Of a DNA stretch of 64,000 nt, positions 8,466 through 17,936 are shown in pieces. The stretch is taken from contig DYPL01000004.1 in the NCBI GenBank assembly GCA_020719945.1, positions 12,927 through 76,926 on the forward strand. Reading direction: 5' to 3'. Source of the stretch: Turneriella parva (GTDB taxonomy: Bacteria > Spirochaetota > Leptospiria > Turneriellales > Turneriellaceae). The notes beneath the pieces are model-generated. The model saw only the letters and a list, made by a program, of their open reading frames with translations, had not been told where the DNA came from and made no database searches. Position 1 is the first letter of the stretch. Each line of letters begins with the position of its first letter. The position numbers were made by a program, and so were the translations under genes.

Positions 8466-10863
8466 ATCCTTCTTGCCGCGAAGAAGTTCTCCGCGACTGT
8501 TGCACATGTATGCTTTGACGGAAAGTCTCAATACTATTTTAAGCGTGGTTTCGGGATGGGTCTGGGGCCCGCCGCTCCTCGTGCTGCTGGTGGGAACGGG
8601 GTTGTACTACACCGTGATACTCAAGATGCTGCCGGTGCGGTTTTTTTATTACGGACTGCGCATTCTCACGGGCCGCGAATATGCACAAGGCGGGCGGGGA
8701 GAACAATCGTATTTTCGTGCGCTCGCGATGACACTTTCGGCCACGGTGGGGACGGGCAACATAGTGGGCGTTGCATCGGCTATTTTACTCGGTGGACCGG
8801 GAGCGCTGTTCTGGATGTGGGTGACGGCTGTTCTGGGAATGGCGACAAAATATGCGGAGGCCGTGCTTGCCGTGCGCTTTCGCGTAGAGACTCCGCATGG
8901 TTTTGCGGGTGGACCCATGTATTATATAGAGAAAGGTCTTGGGCAAAAATGGCTGGGAGTTCTGTTTGCCGTATTTACTCTCATTGCGGCATTTGGGATT
9001 GGCAATATGGTGCAGATCCATTCTGCTGCTTCCGCTCTGGAGACAGCGCCTCTCGAAATTCCCAAATTAGCGACGGCCTTTGCAGGAGCCCTGTTTGCCG
9101 CCGTGATAATTTTAGGAGGCGTAAAACGAATTGGCCTAGCGGCGACGTATCTGGTTCCGTTTATGGCTGTCTTCTATTTTTTAGGGACTTCGTATATTCT
9201 AATGGTTAATATGAGACATATACTTTCTGCGTTTTCCGTTATATTTCAATATGCCTTTCAACCGCTTCCATTAGTCGTTGGTGGAGGGATTGGCATCCTG
9301 ATGCAGACCATCCGGTCTGGCGTTCAGCGTGGATTGTTCTCTAACGAGGCTGGCCTTGGATCTACGCCCATTGCGGATGCATCCGCGAAAACAAATTATC
9401 CGGTGCGACAGGGGCTGGTCGCCATGCTCGGGCCCTTTTTCGACACTCTGTTGATTTGTACCATGACGGGACTGGCTATTGTCGTCGCGTTCCAGGCGCA
9501 TGGCGAGGGGCTTGTAGAATCTATCATCCAGTCAGGAACGGGAGAGCTTGCAATGCTGCAATCGTATCTGCCGGCGTTCAGCGATTATTTGAATTCTCAT
9601 CCCGGACAAATCTGGCCTGCCATTTCGGATGTTTTTGGAAAAGAAGCGGCGGGGCTCAAGGGAGTTCTCACGGGCGCCGTGTTTGCGTATTACATGGGGC
9701 CGTGGGGAAATGCAGCAGTTGCAATTTCGCTTTCCCTGTTTGCCTTTACGACAATTATTGGCTGGTATTATTATTCTGACCGCGCTCTCGTGTATCTCGG
9801 TGGCGGAGCTCTTATTCCGATATATCGCTATCTGTACGTGTTTCTGGTGCTGGTCGGCGGGATTATTCCATCTGCTTCCTTTGTCTGGAATTTTTCGGAT
9901 GTGGCAAACGGGCTCATGGCATTCCCAAACCTTATTGCCATTCTTCTGTTGTCGCCACTTGTAGTTCAGGAGACAAAAGAATATTTTGCAAAGTATCCGG
10001 GTCGCTATTCCCTGTTGTCCCAGCTATACCTGCTGTTCATGAAGATTCTGCCCAAAAAATATTTGTCGCGGTTTGTGGGCCTGCTCGCCTCCTGGAAGGC
10101 TCCGCACTTTGTGATGCTGCCGGCATTGATTGCCTTTTCGCGGGTATACCGGGTAAAAATAGACGAAGCCGAATTGTCTCTTGCGGATTATAAAACAATG
10201 AATTCATTTTTTTCGAGAACCCTGAAAGACGGTGCGCGGGTTTTAGAAGAAAAAGAGAATATTGTTTTGTCTCCCGTGGATGGCCGCGTGCTCGATATTG
10301 GATCTCTCTCTGAGCACAAAGCAAGAGTGAAAGGAGCAGAATTTTCGATTGAAGATCTCGTCCACCACGGCCCCTTTGCTCAAAAGTTAAAAGATGCAAA
10401 TTATATTGTTTTGTATCTTGCACCGGGAGATTATCACAGAATCCACAGCCCGGCAAAAGGAAAAGTGATTGGCTACAATTATATTCCGGGAACTCTATAC
10501 CCTGTTAATCCGTATACGGCCAGGCGCGTCCAAAAGCTGTTTTCGAGAAACGAACGCCTTACGACATATCTTGAGACAGAGCAGGGATTCATGGCCATAG
10601 CGAAAATTGGAGCTACCTCGGTGGGAAAAATTATAGTGGAATATCCACAGGTGCCTTCTACAAACCGTCGCAACAGTTCTTCCCGCGAAGAATTTTTTTC
10701 ACACGGAATTGCGTTTGATGCCGGGGCAGAATTAGGTAGATTTGAAATGGGCTCAACCGTAGTTTTACTCATCGAAAAAAACATATCGGAGTTGCTGCAC
10801 CTGCAACCGGGAGATCTGGTGAAGTACGGACAGCCCGTCGCCCTCTGGAAAAAAAATGAGTGA
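8458..10863 (+). CDS. psd: Fusion protein: alanine/glycine:cation symporter (AGCS family) N-terminal part plus phosphatidylserine decarboxylase C-terminal part
   Basis: Single 801-aa ORF. About 510 aa of multi-TM AGCS-like sequence (WGPPLLVLLVGTGLYYT, GTGNIVGVASAI, FSNEAGLGSTPIA). It then runs directly into a PSD-like N-terminus (LLFMKILPKKYLSRFVGLLA). The PSD part contains the self-cleavage motif GRFEMGSTVVLL. Confidence 0.85.
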   Translation: MTESFLPRRSSPRLLHMYALTESLNTILSVVSGWVWGPPLLVLLVGTGLYYTVILKMLPVRFFYYGLRILTGREYAQGGRGEQSYFRALAMTLSATVGTGNIVGVASAILLGGPGALFWMWVTAVLGMATKYAEAVLAVRFRVETPHGFAGGPMYYIEKGLGQKWLGVLFAVFTLIAAFGIGNMVQIHSAASALETAPLEIPKLATAFAGALFAAVIILGGVKRIGLAATYLVPFMAVFYFLGTSYILMVNMRHILSAFSVIFQYAFQPLPLVVGGGIGILMQTIRSGVQRGLFSNEAGLGSTPIADASAKTNYPVRQGLVAMLGPFFDTLLICTMTGLAIVVAFQAHGEGLVESIIQSGTGELAMLQSYLPAFSDYLNSHPGQIWPAISDVFGKEAAGLKGVLTGAVFAYYMGPWGNAAVAISLSLFAFTTIIGWYYYSDRALVYLGGGALIPIYRYLYVFLVLVGGIIPSASFVWNFSDVANGLMAFPNLIAILLLSPLVVQETKEYFAKYPGRYSLLSQLYLLFMKILPKKYLSRFVGLLASWKAPHFVMLPALIAFSRVYRVKIDEAELSLADYKTMNSFFSRTLKDGARVLEEKENIVLSPVDGRVLDIGSLSEHKARVKGAEFSIEDLVHHGPFAQKLKDANYIVLYLAPGDYHRIHSPAKGKVIGYNYIPGTLYPVNPYTARRVQKLFSRNERLTTYLETEQGFMAIAKIGATSVGKIIVEYPQVPSTNRRNSSSREEFFSHGIAFDAGAELGRFEMGSTVVLLIEKNISELLHLQPGDLVKYGQPVALWKKNE

Positions 10864-10945
10864 TGCTCTGCCCCGCAAAAAAATAAAGTCCAAGAACGAA
10901 TTTTTATCAGAGGTTGCGTAATACCTTATAAGCGGAGCTATTGTT

Positions 10946-11509
10946 ATGATCAATTCAAACCATATTAAAAAAGGAATGGCACTCAAGGTAGATGGAGACC
11001 TCGTTATAATCCAGAGCTTTGAACACCACAAGCCGGGAAAGGGAGCTGCCATTGTGCGCATCCGCATTAAAAGCTTGGCCAAAGGCACTACAGTAGAAAG
11101 AACATTTCGTTCCGGTGAAATGTTGGAAGACGTAGAGCTCGATAAGCGCAATGCAACGTACAGCTACGAAGAAGACGATCACATTGTTCTCATGGATACA
11201 GAATCGTACGACCAGATTACGATCCCCAAAGAAGACATGGAAGATATTCTTCCGTTCATGCCAGAGGGCATGGAACTTACTGTCCTTCTGTACGAGGGCA
11301 AACCAATAAGTCTTATACCTCCCAACTTTGTAGAACTCGAGGTTAAGTACGCTCCCGAAGGTCTCAAGGGAGACACAGCGACGACTACGTATAAAGATGT
11401 TGAGATGGTAACGGGAGCTACTGTTGGTGTTCCCCTGTTTATCAAATCCGGCGATATTCTGAAAATTGATCTCCGCGATTTTTCTTACGTGGAGCGGGTA
11501 AACAAATAG
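10946..11509 (+). CDS. efp: Translation elongation factor P
   Basis: 187 aa. IKKGMALKVDGDLVIIQSFEHHKPGKGAAIVRIRIKSL, a typical EF-P KOW domain and PGKG loop. Confidence 0.95.
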   Translation: MINSNHIKKGMALKVDGDLVIIQSFEHHKPGKGAAIVRIRIKSLAKGTTVERTFRSGEMLEDVELDKRNATYSYEEDDHIVLMDTESYDQITIPKEDMEDILPFMPEGMELTVLLYEGKPISLIPPNFVELEVKYAPEGLKGDTATTTYKDVEMVTGATVGVPLFIKSGDILKIDLRDFSYVERVNK

Positions 11510-11510
11510 T

Positions 11511-12641
11511 GTGAATGCGCTTCTCTCTGACGCTTTCCGGCTACTCCGGGAGGGCAGGGCAGAAGAGGCGCTCCCTCGGATTCGCAGTTTTCTTGAAAAT
11601 TACCCCGAAAATTTTGGCGGAAATTACGCTCTTTGTCTGGCGCTGGGCCTTCTCGGAAAATACGAAGAAATGGCCCGGGCTCTGCCACTGGCTGAAAAAG
11701 CCGATTATTATTCTCCCCTATTGAATTATCTTAGAGCGTATCTTGCTCTTCGCGATAAAAACCTGGAAAAAGCCGTGTATGAATACACGCGCATTGCAGA
11801 CACGCGCGATGGCTGGCTGGCCATGGAGCTTTTGTCGCGCCTCCAGAAAAAAGAACCCCTTGCAGAACTTGCCGGTGCAGGCAATTTTGTTCGCTTTGTG
11901 TTTTTGCCCGGTTCGCCTGCTCCGCACGAATCTCGGCACGACTCCGAAGAAATCGAAAAAGAAATGACGACGGCAATTCCCTGGAAAAAAATTATCTTCG
12001 TCGTGTTTGTTCCAGCAGCAATAACGGCAGTGCTGGCAACGGCCTGGTTTGTCTGGGCTAAACGCCCTCTCGCAACAGTTCCAGATATTCAAATAACGGC
12101 AACAGCCTATGTAACCAAAAATGAAAAAGTGCTGCGCAAATACAGCTCCCGCAGCGAAGTCCTTGCAGATTTTGATCTCGCTAAAAAACATTTGCGCGAA
12201 AATAGAATTAACGATGCCATATTTCTTTTGCAGAATGTAAGACTTTCTAACGCAGATTTTAATACTCGCGAAAAAGCAAAACTGCTGCTTTCCATGATAC
12301 CACTGCCCGATTACGGAACATTCCGAAACACTCTCTCACCGGAAGATTTATATACAGACGGGGAACTGCGCATGGGAAGCTTTGTGCTCTGGGAGGGAAA
12401 CCTGTTAAAATATTCAGAAAGTGAGCAGGGCGGAACCATGCGCATCTATACAGGCAACCGCATAGCCGAAGCCTATTTTCCGTTTAAGACAAGGGAGAGA
12501 AAGAGTTCCATTGAATCCCTCAACCTTTCCCGTTCGGTTGGAGCAGGAGAAGAAAAAAAGATAATTTTTTATGCTCAGTTTCGAGGATTTATTGGCAACA
12601 ATCGAAGCCTGTATCTTGAAGTCCTGGAACTCTGGAAATAA
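11511..12641 (+). CDS. Hypothetical membrane-anchored protein with an N-terminal TPR-like region
   Basis: 376 aa, GTG start 1 nt after the efp stop. TPR-like helices, a central TM segment IIFVVFVPAAITAVLATAWFVWA, and an unassigned C-terminal domain. Confidence 0.5.
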   Translation: MNALLSDAFRLLREGRAEEALPRIRSFLENYPENFGGNYALCLALGLLGKYEEMARALPLAEKADYYSPLLNYLRAYLALRDKNLEKAVYEYTRIADTRDGWLAMELLSRLQKKEPLAELAGAGNFVRFVFLPGSPAPHESRHDSEEIEKEMTTAIPWKKIIFVVFVPAAITAVLATAWFVWAKRPLATVPDIQITATAYVTKNEKVLRKYSSRSEVLADFDLAKKHLRENRINDAIFLLQNVRLSNADFNTREKAKLLLSMIPLPDYGTFRNTLSPEDLYTDGELRMGSFVLWEGNLLKYSESEQGGTMRIYTGNRIAEAYFPFKTRERKSSIESLNLSRSVGAGEEKKIIFYAQFRGFIGNNRSLYLEVLELWK

Positions 12642-12801
12642 GGTAAGCTATGCGGGGCAACCTCACGGTGTTAGTATGAGACATAATGTGGCAATTGTTG
12701 TCACATACCATGGAAAAAATTGGGCAAGCGTTTTTAGAACCAACTCGCCAAGTTTGCGATTCCCATGTTGGCCGGTCGTAATACTGCCTCAGAAGCGAAT
12801 A

Positions 12802-12830
12802 ATAGATCGGTTGCCTCTCTGGCGAAAAAT
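12802..12830 (+). repeat. Weak copy of repeat word family R2
   Basis: ATAGATCGGTTGCCTCTCTGGCGAAAAAT matches about three quarters of positions against 55745-55775 by hand alignment. It lies in an intergenic region between convergent genes. Confidence 0.35.
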
Positions 12831-12857
12831 CTATTTGTTATGGGGGAAAACCAGTCA

Positions 12858-14039
12858 TCACCGAATTTCCCGCACAAATTCTTCCAAGCGGTCGAGAGCA
12901 ATAGAGAGATCGGCCATGCTGGTCGCGTAAGAAGCGCGAAAAAACTGATCGTACTGTTCGCCAAAGGCACTGCCGGGAACCACGGCAACATTGCGGGTGT
13001 CCAAGAGCTGCGTCGCAAATTCGGTGGCAGTAAGGGAGATTCCCTTTAGTTGCGGAAAAACATAAAATGCACCGCGCGGTTCCACGACGGGAAGATCTAT
13101 TTCGTGCAGACGCTTAACGACAAAGTCGCGGCGAGCTTTGTAGGCATCGCGCATGCGGTTGCGCTCTGGAATGGCATAGCGCAATGCAGCCTCGGCAGCA
13201 ATCTGCGAAATAGTGGGTGCGCAAAGCATGGAATACTGGTGGATTTTGTTCATGGCTTTTAGCAGCTCAGATGGGCCGGCTGCATAGCCAATGCGCCAGC
13301 CAGTCATGGCAAAGTTTTTAGAAAACCCGCCGAGCAGAATGGTGCGATCCTTCATCCTTGGAAGAGACGGAAAACTGACATGGGCCGAATCATAAGCAAT
13401 GTCAGCATAAATTTCGTCGGCTATGACGATTAGGTTTTTTTGGGCGGCAAAATCGGCAATGGTCAAAAGCGCCTCGCGCGAATAACTCGCACCAGTGGGA
13501 TTAGAAGGATAATTGAGCAAAAGAGCTTTGGTTCCGGGCCGCCAGGCTTTTTCAAGATCTTCGCGGGTCAGCTCAAAATTGTTCTCAAAGCGAGTAGGTA
13601 CTGGAACAGGATTTCCGCCAGCGAGGCGAATCATGGGTTCATAGGCAACATAGCCGGGCAGTGGATACATGGCGGAATCGCCGGGATTCAAGAGAGTGCG
13701 AAATACCAGATCGACAGCCTGCGAAACACCAACAGTAATAATGATCTCGTCTTCAGGACGGTAATAAACAGAATATTCAGAATAAATGTAGTCAGAAAGA
13801 GCACGTCGCAACTCAAGGCGCCCTAGATTTCCAGTGTAATGCGTATAGCCATCGCGAAGAGCTTCTATGGCGGCATCGATTACGGGATCGGGAGAGACAA
13901 AATCTGGTTCGCCAACTCCAAGAGAGATGACATCTTTGCGGGAGGCCACTATATCAAAGAACTGGCGAATACCCGATGGTTTAAGCTCGTGAACACCGAC
14001 AGAAATAAAATCCAGCCAGCGAATTTCATCGGAATTCAT
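12858..14039 (-). CDS. Class I/II PLP-dependent aminotransferase (aspartate/aromatic type)
   Basis: 393 aa. PLP-lysine motif GFSKNFAMTGWRIGY, plus NYPSNPTG and GVGEPDF. Confidence 0.85.
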   Translation of the reverse strand: MNSDEIRWLDFISVGVHELKPSGIRQFFDIVASRKDVISLGVGEPDFVSPDPVIDAAIEALRDGYTHYTGNLGRLELRRALSDYIYSEYSVYYRPEDEIIITVGVSQAVDLVFRTLLNPGDSAMYPLPGYVAYEPMIRLAGGNPVPVPTRFENNFELTREDLEKAWRPGTKALLLNYPSNPTGASYSREALLTIADFAAQKNLIVIADEIYADIAYDSAHVSFPSLPRMKDRTILLGGFSKNFAMTGWRIGYAAGPSELLKAMNKIHQYSMLCAPTISQIAAEAALRYAIPERNRMRDAYKARRDFVVKRLHEIDLPVVEPRGAFYVFPQLKGISLTATEFATQLLDTRNVAVVPGSAFGEQYDQFFRASYATSMADLSIALDRLEEFVREIR

Positions 14040-14078
14040 GACACACCTTTCGCAAGAGAAAAAGGATGGCGGATTAGG

Positions 14079-14109
14079 CTTCTTTTTCTGGCAATGCCAG
14101 AAAAAGAAG
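14079..14109 (-). terminator. Perfect 14-bp stem / 3-nt loop hairpin between pgk and the aminotransferase gene (terminator or processing/attenuation site)
   Basis: CTTCTTTTTCTGGC-AAT-GCCAGAAAAAGAAG. It lies 29 nt downstream of the pgk stop on the minus strand. The downstream U-tract is weak. Confidence 0.45.
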
Positions 14110-14137
14110 GGCCGCTGGAGTGGGCAGTACCCATTCC

Positions 14138-15358
14138 TTATTTCTTGTTGTCGAGAATCTTAATGCCGGGGAGCTCTTTGCCTTCGAGGAACTCGAGAGT
14201 TGCGCCGCCGCCAGTGGAAACATGAGTCATTTTATCGGTAACGCCGGCTTTGGCTGCGGCAAAAACAGAATCGCCACCACCTACCACGGTAGTACCCTTG
14301 ACCTTGGCCATAGCCTTAGCGACTTCCATAGTGCCCTGTGCAAAAGAATCCATCTCGAAAACACCCATGGGACCATTCCAGAGTACTGTTTTTGCATCTT
14401 TGATGGCTTTTGTGTAAGACTCAATAGATTTGGGGCCGATGTCCATACCCATAAAACCGTCGGGAATGTTCTTGTCGGTTGTCTTTTTGATTTTGCCTTT
14501 TTCGGAGAATTCAGAAGCAGCAATGTGATCTTCAGGAAGAAGAATTTTGCACTTGTGGTAATCTGCTTTTTCGAGGATCTGGTGAGCAGCGGTAAAGAAT
14601 TCTGGCTCTACGAGAGATGTTCCGGTTTCAAGACCACGAGCTTTCAGGAATGTGTAGGCCATGGCCCCGCCAATTAAAATGGTGTCTACCTTGGTTATCA
14701 GGTTTTCGAGTACAGCAATTTTGCTGGAAACTTTGGAACCACCGATAATGGCAACAAAAGGATGCTCTGGAGCATTCAGGATTTTCTGGATGACGTCGAT
14801 TTCCTTTTTAAGGAGGAAACCAGCATAGGCAGGCAACTGCTCGGCAAATTCAACGATGGAGGCGTGGGCGCGGTGGGCGGCTCCAAACGCATCGTCCACG
14901 TAGATGTCCGCCATTTTAGTTATTTTTTTGGAAAAATCTTCGCGAACCTTTTTATCCTTGGCAGTTTCTTCTTCGTAGAAACGAATGTTTTCGAGAACCA
15001 GAACGTCACCTTTGGCAAGAGCAGCTGCGTGCTTTTCTGCCTCTGGACCAATGGCCTCAGGCGAAAAATGCACTTTGGCATCATTAAGGTGCGTCTGTAG
15101 ACGGTCGGCAACAATCTGCAAAGACAGAGACTTGTCGTCTTTGCCTTTGGGTCTGCCCATGTGGGAAACAACGATGAGGGAACTCCCTCTGTTGAGAAGA
15201 TGCTGGATGGTGGGAAGGCTTGCCGTAATACGGGTCTCGTCTGTAATCGTAGAGCCGTCTTTGCTCAGAGGTACGTTAAAGTCTACGCGCAGGAGAATCT
15301 TCTTGCCGTTTACGTCCAAGTCTTCAATTCCGGGGATGTCAAATTTCATAATGTTCAT
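14138..15358 (-). CDS. pgk: Phosphoglycerate kinase
   Basis: 406 aa. KKILLRVDFNVPL, SHMGRPKG and GGGDSVFAA motifs. Confidence 0.97.
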   Translation of the reverse strand: MNIMKFDIPGIEDLDVNGKKILLRVDFNVPLSKDGSTITDETRITASLPTIQHLLNRGSSLIVVSHMGRPKGKDDKSLSLQIVADRLQTHLNDAKVHFSPEAIGPEAEKHAAALAKGDVLVLENIRFYEEETAKDKKVREDFSKKITKMADIYVDDAFGAAHRAHASIVEFAEQLPAYAGFLLKKEIDVIQKILNAPEHPFVAIIGGSKVSSKIAVLENLITKVDTILIGGAMAYTFLKARGLETGTSLVEPEFFTAAHQILEKADYHKCKILLPEDHIAASEFSEKGKIKKTTDKNIPDGFMGMDIGPKSIESYTKAIKDAKTVLWNGPMGVFEMDSFAQGTMEVAKAMAKVKGTTVVGGGDSVFAAAKAGVTDKMTHVSTGGGATLEFLEGKELPGIKILDNKK

Positions 15359-15521
15359 TATCCTGCATTCCCGCTGCTGGTAAAGTTTTTTTTCAGATTG
15401 TTGTCAGAAATACGGAAGCCCCGGTTGTTTCGGTGTTTAGCGAGAGCATTGTAAACGCAAAGGGACGTGCGCTTACATATCACTGCCACCTCTTTCTGGA
15501 ATTAAGGACAAAAGTGCTGTT

Positions 15522-15554
15522 GCCACCTCCGGCAACAAAGTAACCCCTGCCGGC
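15522..15554 (+). repeat. Repeat word family R2, copy upstream of ccoN
   Basis: GCCACCTCCGGCAACAAAGTAACCCCTGCCGGC matches 27 of 33 positions against 55756-55788 (hand alignment, no gaps). Confidence 0.5.
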
Positions 15555-15768
15555 AAGAACGCACGACCTCCCCCATCCTTAGTCTTTATCCAAAATTTTA
15601 ACCAGTTTATCACTTTTTTTAAACGGAGAAGAAATATTGCTGACAAACTATTGACATATTTATAGAGTACCAAATCAGAGTTGCGGATTCTGTATGTCTG
15701 CTGTCCCATTCCGGACTGCATTTGTACTGCTCCCCCGCGATTCTATTAATGTAAAAAAAGGAGCCTTT

Positions 15769-17193
15769 ATGGAAGAAAGAATCGACTTTTCCCGCGATAA
15801 CCAGATAGTGCGCCTGTGGGTTCTGTCCACTATTGTGTACGGATTCGCTGGTTTACTGTATGGTTTACTCGTGGCATTGCAGCTCGTCGTCCCTGAGATG
15901 AACCTCGCACCGTACTTCACGTTTGGACGGATGCGCCCCATCCATACAAATGGGATCATCTTTGGTATGATATTTAGCTCAATATTTGCCACAATGTATT
16001 ACTCATTCCCGCGTCTGCTCAAGACACCCATGTGGAACCATGCACTTTCGCATGCACACTTCTGGTTGTACCAGCTGACTCTCGTGGGTGCGGTAATTTC
16101 TTATCACCTTGGATACTCTCAGTCAAGGGAGTATGCAGAGCTTGAATGGCCACTCGACGTTCTTGTAGCAATCTGGTGGGTTATCTTGTCTATAAACTTC
16201 TTTATGACTTTGGTAATCAGAAAAGAGAAGCACATTTACGTTGCAATCTGGTTCTTTATCTCCACGATTGTAACTATTGCTATGCTCTACATTGTCAACA
16301 ATGCGTTCATTCCGACTGGTCTCTTTAAGTCTTATTCCGTATATGCCGGAACTACAGACGCGAACATCCAGTGGTGGTATGGTCACAATGCTGTGGCGTT
16401 TGTACTCACAACTCCAATTCTGGGTATGATGTACTACTACCTGCCAAAGCACACCAAGCTTCCCATTTTCTCTCACAGAATTTCTATTGTTCACTTCTGG
16501 TCTCTGATTTTCGTGTACATTTGGGCTGGTCCGCACCACCTTCTGTACTCTCCGGTTCCAGATTGGGCACAGACTCTCGGTATGACGTTCTCGATCATTC
16601 TTCTCGCTCCATCCTGGGGTGGTATGATCAACGGCTTCCTGACTCTTACTCAGGCTAAAGAAAAGCTTCGCACAGACGCAACGCTCAAGTTCCTCCTTGT
16701 GGCCATTACCTTCTACGGTATGTCTACATTCGAAGGACCCATGATGTCTATCCGCGCTGTTAACCAGCTCTCTCACGATACTGACTGGGTTGTTGGACAC
16801 GTTCACAGTGGTGCTCTTGGATGGAATGCCGGTATGGCATTTACCGCTCTCTACTACCTGGTACCACGCCTCTGGAATGCTCGTCTCCACAGTGAAGCCT
16901 GGGCAGAAACTCACTTCTGGCTCGCTACTGTAGGTCTTCTCCTATATGTAGTAACCATGTGGGCTTCTGGAATTACAGAAGGTCTTATGTGGAGAGAAAT
17001 CGGTGACAATGGCCAGCTGGTAAACCCGAACTGGATTACCATTGTGAGCCAGCTTACAGGTCTTCGCTGGGGTCGTGCTCTGGGCGGGCTTCTATTCTTC
17101 TCAGGATTTATCCTGATGGCGGTGAACCTGTTCATTACTATGAGCCGCAAAGGTGAAGGGTTTGTTGAAACCGATCTGCGTGAAGGCGCTTAA
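15769..17193 (+). CDS. ccoN: cbb3-type cytochrome c oxidase subunit I
   Basis: The ATG at 15769 is preceded by AAAGGAG (the ORF track begins at 15694). Multi-TM haem-copper oxidase sequence (WWYGHNAVAF, HHLLYSPVPDW, VGHVHSGALGW). Confidence 0.92.
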   Translation: MEERIDFSRDNQIVRLWVLSTIVYGFAGLLYGLLVALQLVVPEMNLAPYFTFGRMRPIHTNGIIFGMIFSSIFATMYYSFPRLLKTPMWNHALSHAHFWLYQLTLVGAVISYHLGYSQSREYAELEWPLDVLVAIWWVILSINFFMTLVIRKEKHIYVAIWFFISTIVTIAMLYIVNNAFIPTGLFKSYSVYAGTTDANIQWWYGHNAVAFVLTTPILGMMYYYLPKHTKLPIFSHRISIVHFWSLIFVYIWAGPHHLLYSPVPDWAQTLGMTFSIILLAPSWGGMINGFLTLTQAKEKLRTDATLKFLLVAITFYGMSTFEGPMMSIRAVNQLSHDTDWVVGHVHSGALGWNAGMAFTALYYLVPRLWNARLHSEAWAETHFWLATVGLLLYVVTMWASGITEGLMWREIGDNGQLVNPNWITIVSQLTGLRWGRALGGLLFFSGFILMAVNLFITMSRKGEGFVETDLREGA

Positions 17194-17207
17194 GGAAGGA
17201 GTATAAC

Positions 17208-17873
17208 ATGGCACATCATGATGAAAATTTAACATGGTATGAAAAGTGGAGCCACAAGATTGAAGAAAAAGGCTTTACTTTTACTGTTCTCGCCTTTGTA
17301 GCCGTTGCGATAGGTTCTCTCATAGAGATTGTTCCTTTCTTTACCTCGGACGTAGTGGACGAAATTGAGCTCGTGAAGCCATACAACGCTAAAGAGCTCG
17401 CCGGACGCGATGTTTACCAGGCTGAAGGCTGTTTCTACTGCCATACGCAAATGATCCGTCCCTTTAAATGGGAGACAGATCGCTTTTATGGCAGTGCCTA
17501 TTCTAACGAGTACCAGTACTCTAAGGCAGGCGAGTACGTATACGATCACCCATTCCTGTGGGGTTCCAAGCGTATTGGTCCAGACCTTGCACACGAAGCG
17601 GCAGCTAACAAGTCTGAACAGTGGCAAAAAGACCACTTGATTAACCCCCAAAAGGTTGTTCAGGATACTATTATGCCAGCGTATCCGCACCTCTATAACG
17701 AAAAGAATACAGTCGACGTTAGACAGCTCAAGGCCAACATGAAGGGTCTTAGAATGCTCGGCGTTCCGTATTCTGATGCGGACATTGCTGCGGCAGACGA
17801 ACTTGCTGGCGTTACCAAAGGTGATGCACTCGTTGCGTATCTCCAGAAATTAGGCAGGGACCTTAAAAAATAA
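17208..17873 (+). CDS. ccoO: cbb3-type cytochrome c oxidase subunit II (monohaem)
   Basis: 221 aa. N-terminal TM segment, CFYCHTQ haem-binding site, GPDL and IMPAYPHL motifs. Confidence 0.9.
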   Translation: MAHHDENLTWYEKWSHKIEEKGFTFTVLAFVAVAIGSLIEIVPFFTSDVVDEIELVKPYNAKELAGRDVYQAEGCFYCHTQMIRPFKWETDRFYGSAYSNEYQYSKAGEYVYDHPFLWGSKRIGPDLAHEAAANKSEQWQKDHLINPQKVVQDTIMPAYPHLYNEKNTVDVRQLKANMKGLRMLGVPYSDADIAAADELAGVTKGDALVAYLQKLGRDLKK

Positions 17874-17936
17874 TTGCCTTTTCCTTGACGCTCCCGGTCA
17901 CTTTTTTGTATCCTGGGAGCACAAGGAGCTACTATT

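Noticed and set aside
10039-10863. Interpretation of psd as a separate gene starting at the internal ATG 10039
   Set aside because: There is no stop codon for the upstream transporter frame, and PSD-like sequence already begins upstream of this ATG. A fusion is therefore the direct reading. Independent internal initiation cannot be excluded, however.
12664-12760. Frame encoding MRHNVAIVVTYHGKNW, reminiscent of the N-terminus of GT2 glycosyltransferases
   Set aside because: Only about 10 residues of similarity, and the rest of the frame is nonsensical and runs antisense into the aminotransferase gene.
16123-16914. 263-aa ORF antisense to ccoN
   Set aside because: It overlaps a clearly recognisable haem-copper oxidase gene. 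No motifs, no RBS context, odd composition.
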